DNA from: Phycisphaerae bacterium
GTDB lineage: Bacteria; Planctomycetota; Phycisphaerae; UBA1845; Fen-1342
Length of the DNA: 64,000 nt
Direction: 5' to 3'
Assembly: GCA_963675745.2 (NCBI GenBank)
Contig: CAXXWX010000026.1
Coordinates: forward strand, 800,001 to 864,000
This document shows positions 63,142 to 64,000 of the stretch, in pieces. The position numbers were made by a program, and so were the translations under genes. The notes beneath the pieces were generated by a model. That model was not told the origin of the DNA. It worked only from the letters and a program-made list of their open reading frames with translations, and searched no databases. Every line of letters begins with the position of its first letter. The stretch's first letter is position 1.

Positions 63142-63402
63142 GCATTAAAATGTACAAGTACATTTTAATGCTATAGCTGGTGCACGTCAACCAAGCGCAA
63201 GCCGGTTATAAAGCTACAGATGCCACTTTCAGTGTAACACGTCGGGGCATCACCGTACTGTGTAGTATACATACTACACAGTACATCGGTATATGCGCTT
63301 TAGATCTGGAGACCTATAACTTATGCCTATGGCCCGTATTCTGAGGGCGTTTGTGTCTGCCCGCGCTGCCGCGCAATGTGGCGTATAAATACGCCACATT
63401 GC
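63142..63402. repeat. Three perfect 14-2-14 palindromes (63142-171, 63255-284, 63373-402)
   Basis: GCATTAAAATGTAC-AA-GTACATTTTAATGC; GTACTGTGTAGTAT-AC-ATACTACACAGTAC; GCAATGTGGCGTAT-AA-ATACGCCACATTGC. Confidence 0.95.
63162..63190 (-). promoter_or_regulatory. Sigma70-type promoter of the antitoxin gene
   Basis: TTGACG (63190-85), 17 nt, TAAAAT (63167-62) on the minus strand. Confidence 0.75.
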
Positions 63403-63427
63403 TCGGGTTAGCTCCTGGTACCAGCAA

Positions 63428-64000
63428 TCAGCCTGCTGACGCTGGCGTCAGCCGCCACAGCCATTCTCGATTGCCGCCTTGGCCGCGGATTGGGCTTTCG
63501 ATTTCGCCGGCGATTTGCCAGCCGAGGTCGAGCACGTCCTGGCGGCAGGTGGCGAGCACTGACGGGAGGTGTTCGTCGGGGAGGACGCCTTTGCTGAGCT
63601 GGTCCTTGGCCGCTTCGTATTGGGGCTTGATCAGCGTTACGACGACGCCGGCGGGTTTCAGACAGCGCCGGGCGGCGGGGAGGATCAGGCGTTGGGGGGT
63701 CCAGCCGACGTCGATGCTGACCAGGTCGCAGGGCTCGGGGGCGGTCCAGGCAAGCGCGTTGGTGCGCTCGCAGACCACCACGCGCTGGTCTTTGCGCAGC
63801 GCGTAATCCAGCACGCCATAACCCGGATCGACGGCGTAGACGCGCGCGGCGCCGTTTTGCAACAGGCAGTCGACAAACCCGCCGGCGTGGCTGCCGAAGT
63901 CGGCGCAGATCCAGCCGGTGGGATCGAGCGCGAAAGCCTCCAATGCCGCCGACAGCTTTGTGCCGCCGCGTGAGACGTGCCGTCGCGGGTTGGAGGGGGA
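63428..64000 (-). CDS. tlyA: TlyA family rRNA 2'-O-methyltransferase, 5' end beyond the window
   Basis: VSRGG.KL, D.GS..GGF.DCLL..GA..V.AVD.G, LIKPQYE, SPI.G..GN.E. Confidence 0.92.
   Translation of the reverse strand, partial: SPSNPRRHVSRGGTKLSAALEAFALDPTGWICADFGSHAGGFVDCLLQNGAARVYAVDPGYGVLDYALRKDQRVVVCERTNALAWTAPEPCDLVSIDVGWTPQRLILPAARRCLKPAGVVVTLIKPQYEAAKDQLSKGVLPDEHLPSVLATCRQDVLDLGWQIAGEIESPIRGQGGNREWLWRLTPASAG

Noticed and set aside
63142..63402. CRISPR array interpretation of the spaced palindromes
   Set aside because: The units are not near-identical repeats, the gaps are over 80 bp, and there are no cas genes in the window

Overview
High-GC bacterial chromosomal window, most consistent with a Planctomycetota (Phycisphaerae-like) genome: it has a prepilin/DUF1559-like protein, planctomycete-type ECF sigma factors, a solitary FlgI-HEAT protein and a lysS-lolE-lolD arrangement. 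Most of it is housekeeping or envelope genes (yraN, ubiE/menG, rho, sodA, smpB, lysS, lol-like ABC, RND pair, ispD, rluB-like, accD, rpe-pgk-gap, LPS core genes, partial tlyA), plus a 6S RNA with its own terminator. The best candidate for a new system is at the right end. An AbiEii-like nucleotidyltransferase toxin and an AbiEi-like antitoxin are arranged convergently, with overlapping 3' ends, between tlyA and waaF. Upstream of the antitoxin are three different but related perfect 30-bp palindromes (14-2-14), spaced 113 and 118 bp apart; the first covers the antitoxin's -10 box. Other notable features: a LolD-like ATPase with a hydrophobic two-helix insertion; several apparent pseudoenzymes (GH10, GT4, histidine phosphatase, LPS kinase); a subtilase with a Cys-Gly/hydrophobic/Arg C-terminal tail; a 25-bp duplication of the yraN 3' end around a REP-like hairpin; and heptamer arrays on either side of gap-pgk. 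All protein calls are from motif recognition by eye; no database searches were run.
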